Origin: Raillietiella orientalis
Taxonomy: Eukaryota
DNA: 64,000 bases
NCBI GenBank assembly: GCA_036172245.1
Contig: JAYWIR010000019.1
Location: 496,001-560,000 of the forward strand
Reading direction: 5' to 3'
The notes under the pieces are model-generated. The model was given only the letters and a program-made list of their open reading frames with translations, was not told where the DNA came from and did not search any database. A program made the translations under genes and the position numbers. Positions 50,720 through 62,450 of this stretch are shown here, piece after piece (within the stretch, counting starts at the first letter, position 1; each line of letters starts with the position of its first letter).

Positions 50720-52460
50720 AGGAGCATTTCAAGGAGGAAACCAAGGCAACCGAAGGAAGCAGAACAATCCTCCCGGTGTGGCCTAGGAGATGCGAAGGGG
50801 AAAAAGATCGGCAAACCGGAAGGAGCGATCCCACAGCCGCGTATTTGGCGCCGTTCCGCCACCCACTGCAGAGAGTCAGGTCGGCGTTCCGGAGGGGAAT
50901 CGCCATCCCGTCTTTTCTTTTGGGTCTGTCGTTGAGGATGGGGCGAAAGAGAGGGCTCAAAGGGCGCTGTGGATGAGACGGAAGAGGGCATAAAGGACTC
51001 TGCAGATGAGACGGAAGGGAGGGAGTAAAGGGTGCTGCTGAGGGGGCGGAAGAGATGATTCCGTACTGGTGGACACAAGGCTGGAGTCTCTCAGTCCCGT
51101 CCGGCATGTCTGACGACTCTTCTGGGAGGAGGTCCGGCAGCGATCCACAGCTCTGTTTTTCCCTGAGGGAGAGAAATGGCAGCTGCCAACCCGAGGGGGT
51201 GATAAGGAATTTTGCCGCTCCCCATCCCGGTGGTGATGAAACCTCTGGGCGGTTGGCAGGCGGTGCACGCGGCCGGCTAAGCGACTCCCTCGGGAGTGGG
51301 TACCAATTTCCTGGTGATTTCTCCATGTTTCCCGATGGCTATGTCCTCCTCAAGTGGCATCGCTGAGCTGGAATTTCCTTGGCAATGGACACGAGTGTCT
51401 CTGGAAGAGGAGGAGCGTGGCTTCTGCGAACTGCGCCAGGTGCATCGCTGTAGGACCGCCCTCGCACTTGAGGCCGGACTACTGGTGTCCTTGGCAACTC
51501 CTGGAGGCATTCTGGGCCACATCCGGAGGACCAGAAGGAAGGTCACTACTGTGATGCTGCTCCATCCGCGCGAAGAGCTCTTTCTCTGTCGCCCTGATGG
51601 CAGTGCGTTGCTTCAGGGAGACGGCGGGGCAAGGTTCCGACCTGTGCTGGCAAAGGAGAAAGGTCACGCGCAGCGCCTCTTCCATGCTGGAGAGAACGGC
51701 CCTTCTGGAGCGAGCTGGAAAGAACGCCCCCATTGCATGCAGGCTGCAGAAGAAGTGCTGTCCACTCTCTCACACCACCATCCTCCCCCACGAGAGCGCC
51801 ATCAACTGCCTGAGGGAATGTTCCCTCACTGAGATGCTGGACGATATCCGTCCGCTGCCCGGAAGCCAGATTGGGACATCCAGAACTCCATGAGCCCTCT
51901 GGCGCATCGACGGAAGGAGGTGGATGTTTCTGCAGAGTGGGAGGCGCAAATCGCCGGGATTCTGGGCTTCCTGGCTAGCGTCTCCGTCCCCGGTATCCCA
52001 GACCATCCCGACCCCTGTATCCCAGAGCACGGCACGCCATCTTGCTGGCGTGCCGTGCTCTCCGCGGTGAGGAACGCCACCATGCCTCAGAGGGGAGGAT
52101 TCCCAAAGGGTGCGACTCTGCGGGGTAATGGTAACCCTGCCTCGCGTACTCCTGGAATGTGGAAGCCGCGTCGCAGGTCATCTCGGCTCCCTGACGCTGC
52201 CGACAGTCAGCATAGAGAGATGCTGACCTTCCAGGTTAAACATCTGCGCCCTCGCCGGTGAGCTGCGACGACTTCCGAAACGGAAGATGAGTGCGCCCGC
52301 CGCTTGGGAGGGTGTGGGTGTCTAAGAGACTTTCGAACGATTGAGGGCAGACTGACACCATACCGACGAGCACACCCATCCCGATCCTGCCCGATGCGGT
52401 CATTTGGCAACCACGGTGGGTACCGCGGGATCGGTCCATCCCACTCCCCATTTATTTATT
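50720..52460 (+). mobile_element. Highly decayed non-LTR retrotransposon ORF2 (RT and C-terminal region)
   Basis: Collinear ghost motifs across frames: SRTILPV (YRPISL), SAFRRG (FGFRRG), VLVDTRLESLSPVRH (VFLD..KAFD.VWH), PEGVIRNFAAPH (GVPQGS.L.P), SMFPDG (LFADD), GHIRRTRRKVTTVMLLHP (HI....KA...L.P), RLQKKC (LQNK.LR). A (TTTA)n-like run lies at ~52450. Confidence 0.45.
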
Positions 52461-55400
52461 TAAATCCAACCCTTCACTTCACCCCAGTTTTGTCCCCTCT
52501 TCCCAAAAAGAAATAAACAAGCAAACCAGGAACCGCATCCTCATGGGGTGCAGCAAGAAGCACGTGGGGGGGGGGTCCTGGGAGGCCGCAGAGGCATTCC
52601 AGAGAGCGAGGGGAGGGAACAAAAAGTGGATAAGAAAAAGAAAAGGGACAGGGGTTCTTGGCAGCCGCTTCTTCCCGGGACCGGAGAAGAATGCAGACGA
52701 TCCCCATGATGACGGCTTTCCCTTTCGAATGGAGGTCACCTCGCTGCAGAGGCCTCTCGAAGGCGCTTGCCGCGCGGGTGACCTCCCGTCGTTGCGCCCG
52801 AAGCTTCAGCACGCGGCGGTCAGTCACGGAGACGCAGGAGCGCAGCGCAGCGGCGCCACGGCGGAAGCCCGACGAGAGTCGGCCGCGTGCGAAGGGTGGC
52901 TCCGGTACGCCTCTGGCGGTGTTCCTCCGCGTGCAATGGTGCCGGGGTCAGCCTCCTCCACAGATTCTGGACACCGCAGAGTCCACCAACAGGTGAGAAG
53001 ACGACTCGATCGTCTCGAGAACTGGAACAGCTCAGGGAAGAGAGCGGCCGCGGAAATGAGATGGGTGCCCTGAAGAAGAGGAGGAGAGGAGCAGCAGGAA
53101 AAGGAAGAAGGGAGGAGCAAGGGAGAAGGAGGAGGAAGAAGGGAGGAGGATCAGGAGAAGAAGAGTAGAAGGAAAAACTGGGTCACCTGGAACTTCAACG
53201 GGGACACCGAAGTGTCCGAACACAGACGTCATTCTCCGGAGGTCACACTTGAGACAAGTTCTGCCCTCGGTCCGACAACGCGGAGTGGTGGCACCCACTA
53301 GCCGTTTCCCTCGTCTCCCAGAAGTCCTGGAGTCACTTCACTGTCGACATGTTGCAGGGCACTCCCGCCCTTCCATCGCTGCGTGCTCTCAGGACAAGGG
53401 GCGCGATGACGAGACCCACAGGACCACTTCGACCTGCCTTGCGGGACGCTCCTCGTGAGGGATGAGGAGGATTGTTCCGGCAGCAGCGGCACCTGACGGA
53501 GGGCTCCGGCTCGGTCGGGTGGGAACTCCCGGCGCGGTGCCACTGTTGGTGGTGCCGAGGTCTCTAGTGGCTGCAGAGGGCACTCCCCATCTTCGGGTTC
53601 CCTTCTTCGTCATTCTTATCCTCATTCCCGACAGATGAGAGCGGGCACGGATCGCGGAGGGAAGAGATGGAGCAGGGATGAGGGACCGTGGAGCGAACCG
53701 TTTGGAGTATCAGCCTCCGGCTCCCTGGAGCCACCGGGAGGTACGAGGCGGATAAACTGGTCGGGAAGATCGATGGATCTCCGGGGAAGGCACAGCGCTC
53801 CGCCTGCATCCTACGTCTAGACCCGCTTCGAGGATGTGCCCCCATCCTCCAATCCGGCCTCGGGCCCTCCTTCACCCTGTACAGGAAGCCGGGAGCTGCC
53901 AACGACGCCCCGGCCCACAACCTGACAGAGAAGTCCAGATCTCCTCCGCTTCGCCTCTCACCGACATCTTTCCCCATCCGGAAGAGTGCGCAGCCAAGGG
54001 TGGCTCTGCCCTCCAGGAACGGCGCGCCAGGAGGCTCATCGGCCGGGTCGCGAGAGTCCGGGAAAGGCAGCGGGGCACGAACGGGAGGAAGAAGCAGCCT
54101 GTCCGCTCCCGAGGTGAGGGCTGACGCCCGTTTTTCTCTCTCTCGCAGGAGTGCGCTCCGGTGCCTGCAGCAGGGCGTGGACTTCCACTCCACTCCGAGG
54201 AAGCCGGGAACGGTCAGGGTTGCGAGGACGGGAGACGAGGTCGCCGAGACGGAGGGATTGGTCTAGGAGGAATCCGTCCCGGCGTCTCTTATGCACTCAC
54301 CCGCCGAGTGGCGCTTTCGAGAGACCGGCGTCCCTTTCCGTCTGAGTACATCCGGGAAACGGCGACGCGCCTCATAGGCGATTCCCACCCCCTTCCCCCA
54401 TCCCCTCCGGCGTCTGATCCCCAAGACGGGCGGGAGCCAGGACAGTGGACGAAGGGAACGTCTCCTCAGATTTCAGAGGTTCCTCGTTTCCTAGGTGATC
54501 CTGGAAAGCGGTGGCTTGCTGCCTCCCACCTGTCGCTGCTGAGGGGAAAACAGACCGCGGCCCGCCCTCGCGCTGAGCGCACGCGCACGCTCAGGAAGGG
54601 ACGCTGGATCACCAGGGAAAGGCGGCGCCTTTTCCGGCAGGAGAGGGGAATTTGATGACTGAGGTGGAGCCGGCGGCGACGGCGATAACGACGCCGGCGA
54701 AAATGAGGAGGAAGAGGAACAGCTGGAGGGCGAGGAGGGAGGAAGAGAAAGAGGAGCTGAGGAGCAGAAAGGGAAGAGTGGACGGAAGAATGGAGGAGGA
54801 GGAGAAGGAAGAGGGAACGGAAGGGAGGATGAGGAGGAAAAGAAAGGGAGGAAGGGAGGGGGAGGACACGACGCGTGAAATCCTGTGGCAACGAGAACGG
54901 ATCGACTCCCTCCCACGGTGGAGTGGAGGCCAGGGAACAGGGCAGCATTGGTGGGCGCCACAGGTGCCTCGTTCGTGCCCTGCCACAGTTGGCAGCTCGG
55001 AGACATTGGCACCCTGCCTCTTCCGCGGGAGGAGGGCACGTTGCAAGCAGGCCCGAGTGAGCGTGCGCAAAAGGAAAGAAAGGAAGGAAAAGAAAAGGAA
55101 GAGAATAGGAAAGCAGAAAAAGCTCCATAGAGACGAGTCCTCCACATGTGGTCAGCCTGAGGCCATCCCACGCGAGAGCCGCTTCCGCTCGTCGTTCGAC
55201 GACGGCTGCGCGCCGAAGGCCCGTTCGCGCACGCCCGCACGTGTGCGCGCCCTTTTTTGACCACGTCCGTCTGCTCGCCCTCGTGTCGCCGCTCAGGACA
55301 GGAGCGACCAGGATGCGCCCACGTGGGTTCGGGCGCGAGCGACGAGAGCCGTGGGAAAACAGTGGGGGACGAACGCTTTGCCCCCTGGCGAGATCGTCGG

Positions 55401-56059
55401 CGCCCTCCACGGAAGGCAGCGAGAGGGACGCGCGGGGACGATTCGACACGGCTGAGGCGTCCCTCCACTCGGGGCGGTGGGCGCGGCCCGGGCATTTTCG
55501 ATCCATGGAGGGGAAGCTTCGCGGGGAGGTGGCGGGCAGCACCCTGAGATCGCCCTCCAGGCGCCTCGAAGGCGAACAGTGGCCATCGCCCCAGATCCGC
55601 CGCCATCTTCGTGTCGCAGCCGCGACCGCCGATGCGGCACCTCCAGCTTCCTCGCGAGGCGGCCGACCCTGACGCAGAAGCCGCGGAAGGTCCGACAGAC
55701 AGAGCGATGGCAGTGATGACGACGATGCTGTTGGTGGCAGTGCTGACAGTGGTGGTAATGAGGAATGACAAAGTGAATGAAGGGAGGAGGAGAAGGAGGG
55801 AGAGAACAGGAGGAAAGGGTAGAGAAAGAGGAGGAGGAAGGAAGCCCATGACTCCACGGGTGCGATGGTGTTCAGGAAAATGACATGAAGACAGAAGGTC
55901 AATTCCAGAGTAACTGTGGAGTCTGGCGCTGGCCACACATCAACACCCCGGACGAACCCGTTTTTCCACCTTCCGCCTGTTGCCAGGCAACATTCCTTCA
56001 CTCGCCAAACCGCGCTTTTGAGGACGCTTCCTTCGACATGGAAGGAGCAGGCTTCTGGC

Positions 56060-56680
56060 ACGTGTGAGCGGTGCGTATACGCGAGTCCATCCTTCTGCGC
56101 GTGCACGCGCGTCCACATCTACACGAGTACATTGCAGAGATCACATGTGCACATGCATGTCTCACCGCGGCACGTATACGTATGCGTACGACATTTACGT
56201 ACGTACGAGGCCGTGAGTACGCTTCCGTACGAGGAGTAGGTGCGCGTTCACATGCACATGCACACACTCACACGTGCCTGTGTCCACGAGCTCCCCCACA
56301 AGACACTCCGTGCAACTCCGATATCGGGAGCATACGAGGCCATGTGCACGCGTCGCGCATGCGCTCACGTCTTGCATCACGCGCGTCTCGTTACTGCATG
56401 CTCACGTATGCGCGGTGCAAACGTCAGTTCCCAAGCGTCGGTACGCGTGCGTGTGCGTGTGCGTGTTCGCAAACAGCAGGCGCGTATTCATGCGCACGTA
56501 TACGTACGTACGTAACTGCGCATTCACGTGTACTCCTCATGCATATACGCGCGTGCACAGTCATAGCTGCGTAATCCGTATGCAGACGCGCACGTATACA
56601 CAAATCATGTGCGTTCACATTATGTGCGTGCGTGTGTACGTTCGTGCACGAGTTCAGGCTTACCGTTTGCACGCGTGCGA
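56060..56680. repeat. ~600 bp degenerate alternating purine-pyrimidine tract
   Basis: Near-continuous CA/TG/CG/TA steps, e.g. CACGTATACGTATGCGTACG, CACATGCACATGCACAC, GTACGCGTGCGTGTGCGTGTGCGTG. Confidence 0.85.
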
Positions 56681-59600
56681 GACGGGTGGAAGGGGAGGAG
56701 GCGAATTTTCCCGCGACGGTCGCGCGCGCGGGAAGTCCGGTGACTGCACTGGGGCTCCCCGGGCGGGAAAACGGGAAGGCCTCCTGGGCGACCTGCGCCT
56801 CCCCCCCTCTTCCCCGGTTGACGCCTCCCGGAGGAGACGGACACGGGTCTTACCGCCGGGATGCCCTTGTGCGCTCAGCCCCGCCCGAGGCTCCGGGAAG
56901 AGCGGTGGGAGCGCGCCCGGGGCCTCTCGGCCCACAGCTCCCTCCACGCCCTTGCGGAATGCCAGTCGGTTGCGGGAGTGACCGTAAAAAGATGGCGAGA
57001 GGCGGGCGGAGTCCCGGGGGAGGCGTCCAGGAAGTGGGGACCCCGCCGGTGGCTTCCCGCCCCGTCGTAAACTCTTCAACGATGCACGCGCGCTGTACGT
57101 GAGCGGCGCGTCCGCTTCCTCCCCATCTCCTCCCTTGTCTCGCCCCCGCCCGGCCCTCGGCGCTCTCCCTTGGGAGGAGGACGCGATCGCGGCGGTGACG
57201 CAGGTGGCGGTCTCCATGATGACGGACAGCAAGAGGGATCGGAGGCAGTGGCCGTGGCGGCGAAGATGCCGAGGAAGATAACTGTGTAAACGTCGATGAC
57301 GACGACGCTGATGATGGGGAAGGAAGGAATTCGGTGATCATGGCAGAGACGACGGTGATGATGACGATGCTGTTCTTGTTGTCCTTGTTGGTGTAGTAGT
57401 GCTGACGATGGCGATGATAGGCGATGAAAATGTGGATGAAAAGGGGAGGAAGGAAAGAGGAGGAGGAAGAGGAAGAGGAATGGATGAAAGGCATGGAAAC
57501 TGCCGCTTACGTCGCCGCTGGTGCGCGGGCGAATTGGCGCCGTCTCTCCTCGGAGAGCGCCCGCCCGACGCGCGCGCCAGCAGCTGCTCGCCCGCAGGCG
57601 GAGCTCAGACGGGAGGGTTCTCTTGGTGATCGCGGAAGCACTCACGCTGGGTCTGTCGCCCGGGACTGGGAGCAGCGAGAGGCGGGGAGCGTCCGGGACG
57701 CCCCACGGTATGCGCGAGCGGTTGCGGTCCGGCGGCATCCTCGTCAAAGAGGAAGAGAGCAAGAAAGATGGGATTGGGGCAATGGGCTTCCCGACGGGAG
57801 TCCCAACGGCTTTTCCTCATGTCCGTCATTCGATCCCGGAGGCGCCATGGAACGGGAGCCGTGCAGTTCGCCGGCAGCTGGGCAGGGGCGCTCGGTCATT
57901 CTTCCTCCTCCTTGACTACCCCTTCTCCTGGACGCTCGTGAATGCGTTCCTGGGTTTTCTCTTCCCTTCGGCCTCAAATCCTCTCCGCTTAATGCTCTCC
58001 GCTTTCCATTCCTTAGTTAGAGGGTCCGCCTACCACGTCATCCCTGAGGCCTCGTTCGAAAATCAATCCGGAAAAGTGTCTCGGAGACATCTGCTCCCGC
58101 CTCATTCCGCCCTGCTTCTCCTCCCGCCACCCTTTCACCCACTCTTCCTGCTTACTGAGAGGCGATCTGGGGCCACCCCCCATAGAGCAGGGGTGACAGG
58201 CGATCGCGGGTCATGCGGCTTCCCTGGCACGCAAAGCCAAAGGAAGAGATGGCCCTCCCGAAGGGAAAGGGCGGAGAGGGAAGCCCCGGAAGACGATGAA
58301 GCACGGGAACAGAAAGGGCCTTGCAGAGGCAGCGGAGGACCACGGGGGAATGTCGGTCAATCACGAGCTCGTCCGCCGCCCTTTCATGCGAGCGATGGGA
58401 GCGCGCGCACGTTGGGTGCGGCAAGAGGTCTCCTGGGGCACAAAGGGCACATCAGGAGTGGAGTTCCGAGTTCCCCCTACTACGGGCTCAAGGAGGAAGA
58501 GGGTCAAGAAAGGAGAAGGGGAGGAGAAGAAGAAGACAAGGAAGAAAGGGGAAAGAAGGATGAGGAAGGCAAAGAAAAGGAGGCAAAGTGGGAAAGGAGG
58601 AAGGCAAGGAAGAAGAGGGGGCGGAAGGGGAGAAGAGGAGGAGAGAAGGGGATTCATATCCTCATGATCGCAGCCTCGCGCTCAGCTTCGCTGTCCTGAG
58701 GAGCACGGAGAACAAGAAAAGATCCGTCCGCCGTCCGCATGCTCTCCGCTCCAAGTAACGGAGAGCCGGGTGCGGACGAGGAAGCGGGCTGGGGCGACCA
58801 CGAAGGGGGATGGGCAGCCCCCATTCTTCTCTCCCTCCCCCTTCTTCCGTGTCGTCGCGCCCTTGCGCCAGTGGCGGCGGTCGAGGCAACTTAGGTCCCC
58901 TCCTGAACGCGGGTTGCCAAGCACCGAGCATCATCACGGGTATCCGTCAAAGAGTAGAGTACACGGAGATCCATCATCCTCCGAACGCGGGGCTTCACCC
59001 ACGCGAGGGTCTTCTCGCCGGCATCCATCATCCGGTCCTTTACGGGCGTTCCTTCTTCTCCCCCTCTTCCCCCGCGTGTTGTTGTTGTTGTTCCCCTCCG
59101 GGAACAGTCCCAGAGAGCTCACGCGAGCATCCCGGAAGCACTCCCGTGGGACCGCAACCGCCGTCAGCGGCGCGTCAATGCAGGGATCCCGCCGGTAGAC
59201 CGGGAAGAGGGGGAGGCAGGAGAGTGGGGCGCGCGGCGAAGAGGAGGATCGGCGCGCCGAGGCGGGGCGGAAGCGTCCGGCGGTTCCGCGAGTGACGGAG
59301 GCGTTGACGGCCGCTGCTGGGAGGCGCGCGGTCTGCGAACTCCAGGAGGATGGCAGCCGCTGCAGGAAGAGAAGCGCGAGTTGCCGTTGCGGGCCAAAGC
59401 TGCGAACATTCCTCGCCAGGAGGGAGCTGCCGCACTCCCCAACCCCCATCCCCCTCTTGTAAGGGCGTGTGTAAGAAGGGAATGCTCATACTCTCAAACC
59501 CGCCCGGCGTCCCAGCGCCTGCCGGACGACGAGCTGCAAGAGCGGGAGGGGAAACAGAGCTGGCGCGGACGGTGGCTCCCTTGCTGGAACGGCGGCTGGT

Positions 59601-59959
59601 GCCAGGTGCGGTTGCGCGAGCACCTGAACGGTGCGGACGATTGCAGTGGTGGCGGCACGATGACGACGTCCACAGTAACTTTCGTGAAAACGACGACGAC
59701 GGTGACAAATTGTCATCACGATGGCGATCGTTACGACGACGACAGTGGTAGCGAGTACGATGATGAGAAAAAGGAGTAGGATGACGATGACGTGGATGGC
59801 AAGGAGGAAGGCAGGCAATGGCATTGACGAGGAGGGACAACACAGAAAGAGGAATGGACGCAGAGAAAGAGGAACGTGGCTCCCTAGTGTTGTTCATGAC
59901 CGGGACAGCCGATCGGTTCGTTCCTTTGTGGGACGCTGAAGCCCTCTAGCTGGGGAACA

Positions 59960-60240
59960 GGATGCTGCTTGGAAAGCAACGGAGCACCAGAAATGGTAGG
60001 GCGGAGCAGGATCTGGATCGTTCCCTCTGTGCCCACGCGGGATGTGGGCGGCCGGCCGGATTGCTACTCTGGACTTCCTCGGGACATTACCCCGATGCTT
60101 TCAGCCCGATCTCTTCCGACCGGTTGCTCCGGCAACAGAGTCTCGTCCGTGGGCAATTTGCAGCTTCTCCCCGAGGACATCAGGAAGTGCGTCAGGAAAG
60201 AGGAGAGCTGGACGAGAGCGAAGAGGCTGCTGAGCCCCTC
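59960..60240 (+). mobile_element. Possible LINE (CR1/L2-like) ORF2 extreme C-terminus relic
   Basis: SGNRVSSVGNLQLLPEDIRKCVRKEESWTRAKRLL parallels F..RV...WN.LP..IR......F...LK..L. Confidence 0.25.
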
Positions 60241-60949
60241 TGGTCCAGACGGACGGAAGGAATCTTCCTCCGTGCATCCCGTTTGTTTACTTTCCGTGTT
60301 TGCTTTTTCCTTGCAGGATGGGCCGTCGGCAGGCTCTTGAAGAGGGGCGTGGCGGGGGAGGAGTAGGAAAGGAAAAAAAAAAAAAAAAAAAAGAGAAGGC
60401 AGCCTGCCCCCACCCCTCCCTCCCGGTAACCATGGCGACCGCCGAAGCGAGGAGTGGCGCGCCGATTTCCTCCTGGTTGCCGAGAGGAATCTACGGAACT
60501 CTTCAGCAGCTAATGGGAGCGTGTCAAGGAGGCGGAGGGGAAGGCGGCAGGGTACCCAGGGAACGAAGGGGAGGAACCCTGCTTTTCCGTTCGTGCTTTT
60601 TTTTTCGTGTTTGTTTGCTGTCTTGAGTTCGAAGGGAGTTCGAGAAAACGACCAAAAAATGTCGGAAGAGGGTTGATAGCGCGTACCTTGCTCCCCTGAG
60701 GCGCGTCCCTATCTAAAAGGCTCTCGCGCACAGGGATACCAACACACCCACCGGCGTCTGGAAGCTCCTGATACGAGAAAGTTCTGCCGGAAAAACTCAA
60801 AGCTCACCTTCTTTCCGGAAAAAAATAAGGGAGGGAAGGAAACAAGGAAGGGAAGAAGTTTTATCTCCTTCACCTGGTTCGAATTGGGGGACCACCCTCC
60901 AGCCTGCCGTCTTGATTTTCCTTTTAACTCCCTTCTTTCCTCCTTCCGG

Positions 60950-61450
60950 GCGCCACCACGTCCACGCATCCTCCGCGGACCATCCTCTGCGGCGGGGATC
61001 GAGCATCTTCTCTCCAGGACTTTCGAAAGAATCCTAATGCGGAGAGAGGGAGTGGTGTTCCTAGATTGCAGCTGCCTTTCTAGCACGATTCAGGAGCATT
61101 GATGAAGAGATGGACAAAAAAAAATTTCCTGCCACCATCAACCCAGTGACCCGAGACAGCAGACACACCACCATCCTCCTTGGCATGGAGGCTATGTTGC
61201 TTCTTCTGATCCCCTTCCAAGGTGAAAATTGGGTTACTCTACGAAATAGCAGCATGAAGGTCCCTAGGGTCTGCATGTCAGGTTGTATCCTGTCGATTCC
61301 TCTCAAGAGGACCTGATGAGGTAGGGAACAGAGGAAGAAAGTAAAGAAAGAGAGAAGGCTGAGATCCTAAAGCACCACCATAGGGAGCCCGCGCCTCTTC
61401 TGAACATCCGTGGAGAAGAGCAACATCTCGGGCACAATCGTCTCTCAGGG
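60950..61450 (+). mobile_element. Decayed, internally deleted LINE RT fragment
   Basis: LSRTFERILMRR directly joined to VVFLDCSCLSSTIQEH (SK.FERIL..R / VFLD.SKAFDTI.H), then KVPRVCMSGCILSIPL (V..GV.QGC.LSP.L). Confidence 0.45.
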
Positions 61451-61919
61451 GATGGGAAGTGCTTTCCCGTCTCTCATGAGAAAAGACGCATCGTCGTTCT
61501 TTCGGGAACACATATCTTCCGCCCACCCACACTGCCTCCTCTAGAAAGGCAGCAATCCTGTGCGACACCGCGTTGGGGGCGCAGCGCACAGACCACCGAG
61601 CAATGGCGCAATGGGACGGCCCGGGGGAAAATGAAGAGGAAAGGTGATTTTCGGCAGTCTCACTCGGCCCTGCCTCATCCCAGAGGAAGCCGATCATCGT
61701 GACCTTTGGCTGCGCTGATGATCGGCGGCGTTCCGAGAATTGCATCTTCCAAGAGCGCGCACTCGTGACTGAGAGAGCACTGAAGAAGCGGCAAGCTCTG
61801 AGGACACTCACGCGTGTTGGCTAATAGGAGAGGAAGGGTGGCGCAGTAGGGGAGGCCGATAATTTGACACAGACGCTCGTTTTTTCCTCCTTATAACGGA
61901 AGAAACTTAACTCGTATCG

Positions 61920-62450
61920 GTGTTTCCATGGATGCTCCTCGTTCCGATGGGTGATGATGGAGGTATGCGATTTCTGGAAAGTAATTTGTGCTGGTTGCCA
62001 GCGTCCTCCGTTTCGGAATTGTCTTCAGATACCCAGGACACACTCGAAAAACAATTCCGATCTTGGGAATTCCCTCCTTGTGGGAATCCGCAAGGGAGCC
62101 GCTCCTGTTCACTTCTCTGAAGAGAACCCCGAAGGGACGCTAGAGGCACAGCGGGCCGGAGAATGGACTGAGATGGAGAACTCTACTTCCATGTGGGATC
62201 AAACTTCGGATTCCCTTTAAGTTCACTGTTTCCTGCTGCCAGAGGAGTCATCACTCGAAACGCAGCAGAAAAAGCAACGAGACGAATGACCTTTCTAGAG
62301 CTAGTGGCGAAGGACAGGAGTCCCACGGCAAGAGAGGAGTCCGTCGTGACGATGCGGCGACCACCTGTGTCGTCCGAATAAGCGTGAGCACGCCGGGTGA
62401 TTCCGTGAAAGAAATGGAAGCCCTCCTCCTCGATGGACAGCACTGACCTT
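61920..62450 (+). mobile_element. Decayed CR1/L2-like LINE fragment (RT C-terminal part and post-RT region)
   Basis: MRFLESN...DTQDTLEKQFRSW...NPQGS, then NAAEKATRRMTFLELVAKDRSPTAREESVVTMRRPPVSSE*A, parallels KA.R.LGFL.R......P...K..Y.T.VRP.LEYA. Confidence 0.4.

Noticed and set aside
54466..56118. Long ORFs of 550 and 481 aa, and similar 300-400 aa ORFs across 16.5-60 kb
   Set aside because: They overlap in several frames on both strands, are rich in R/P/G/S or L/F/S from GC-rich and polypurine DNA, and show no domain. Stop-codon scarcity explains them.
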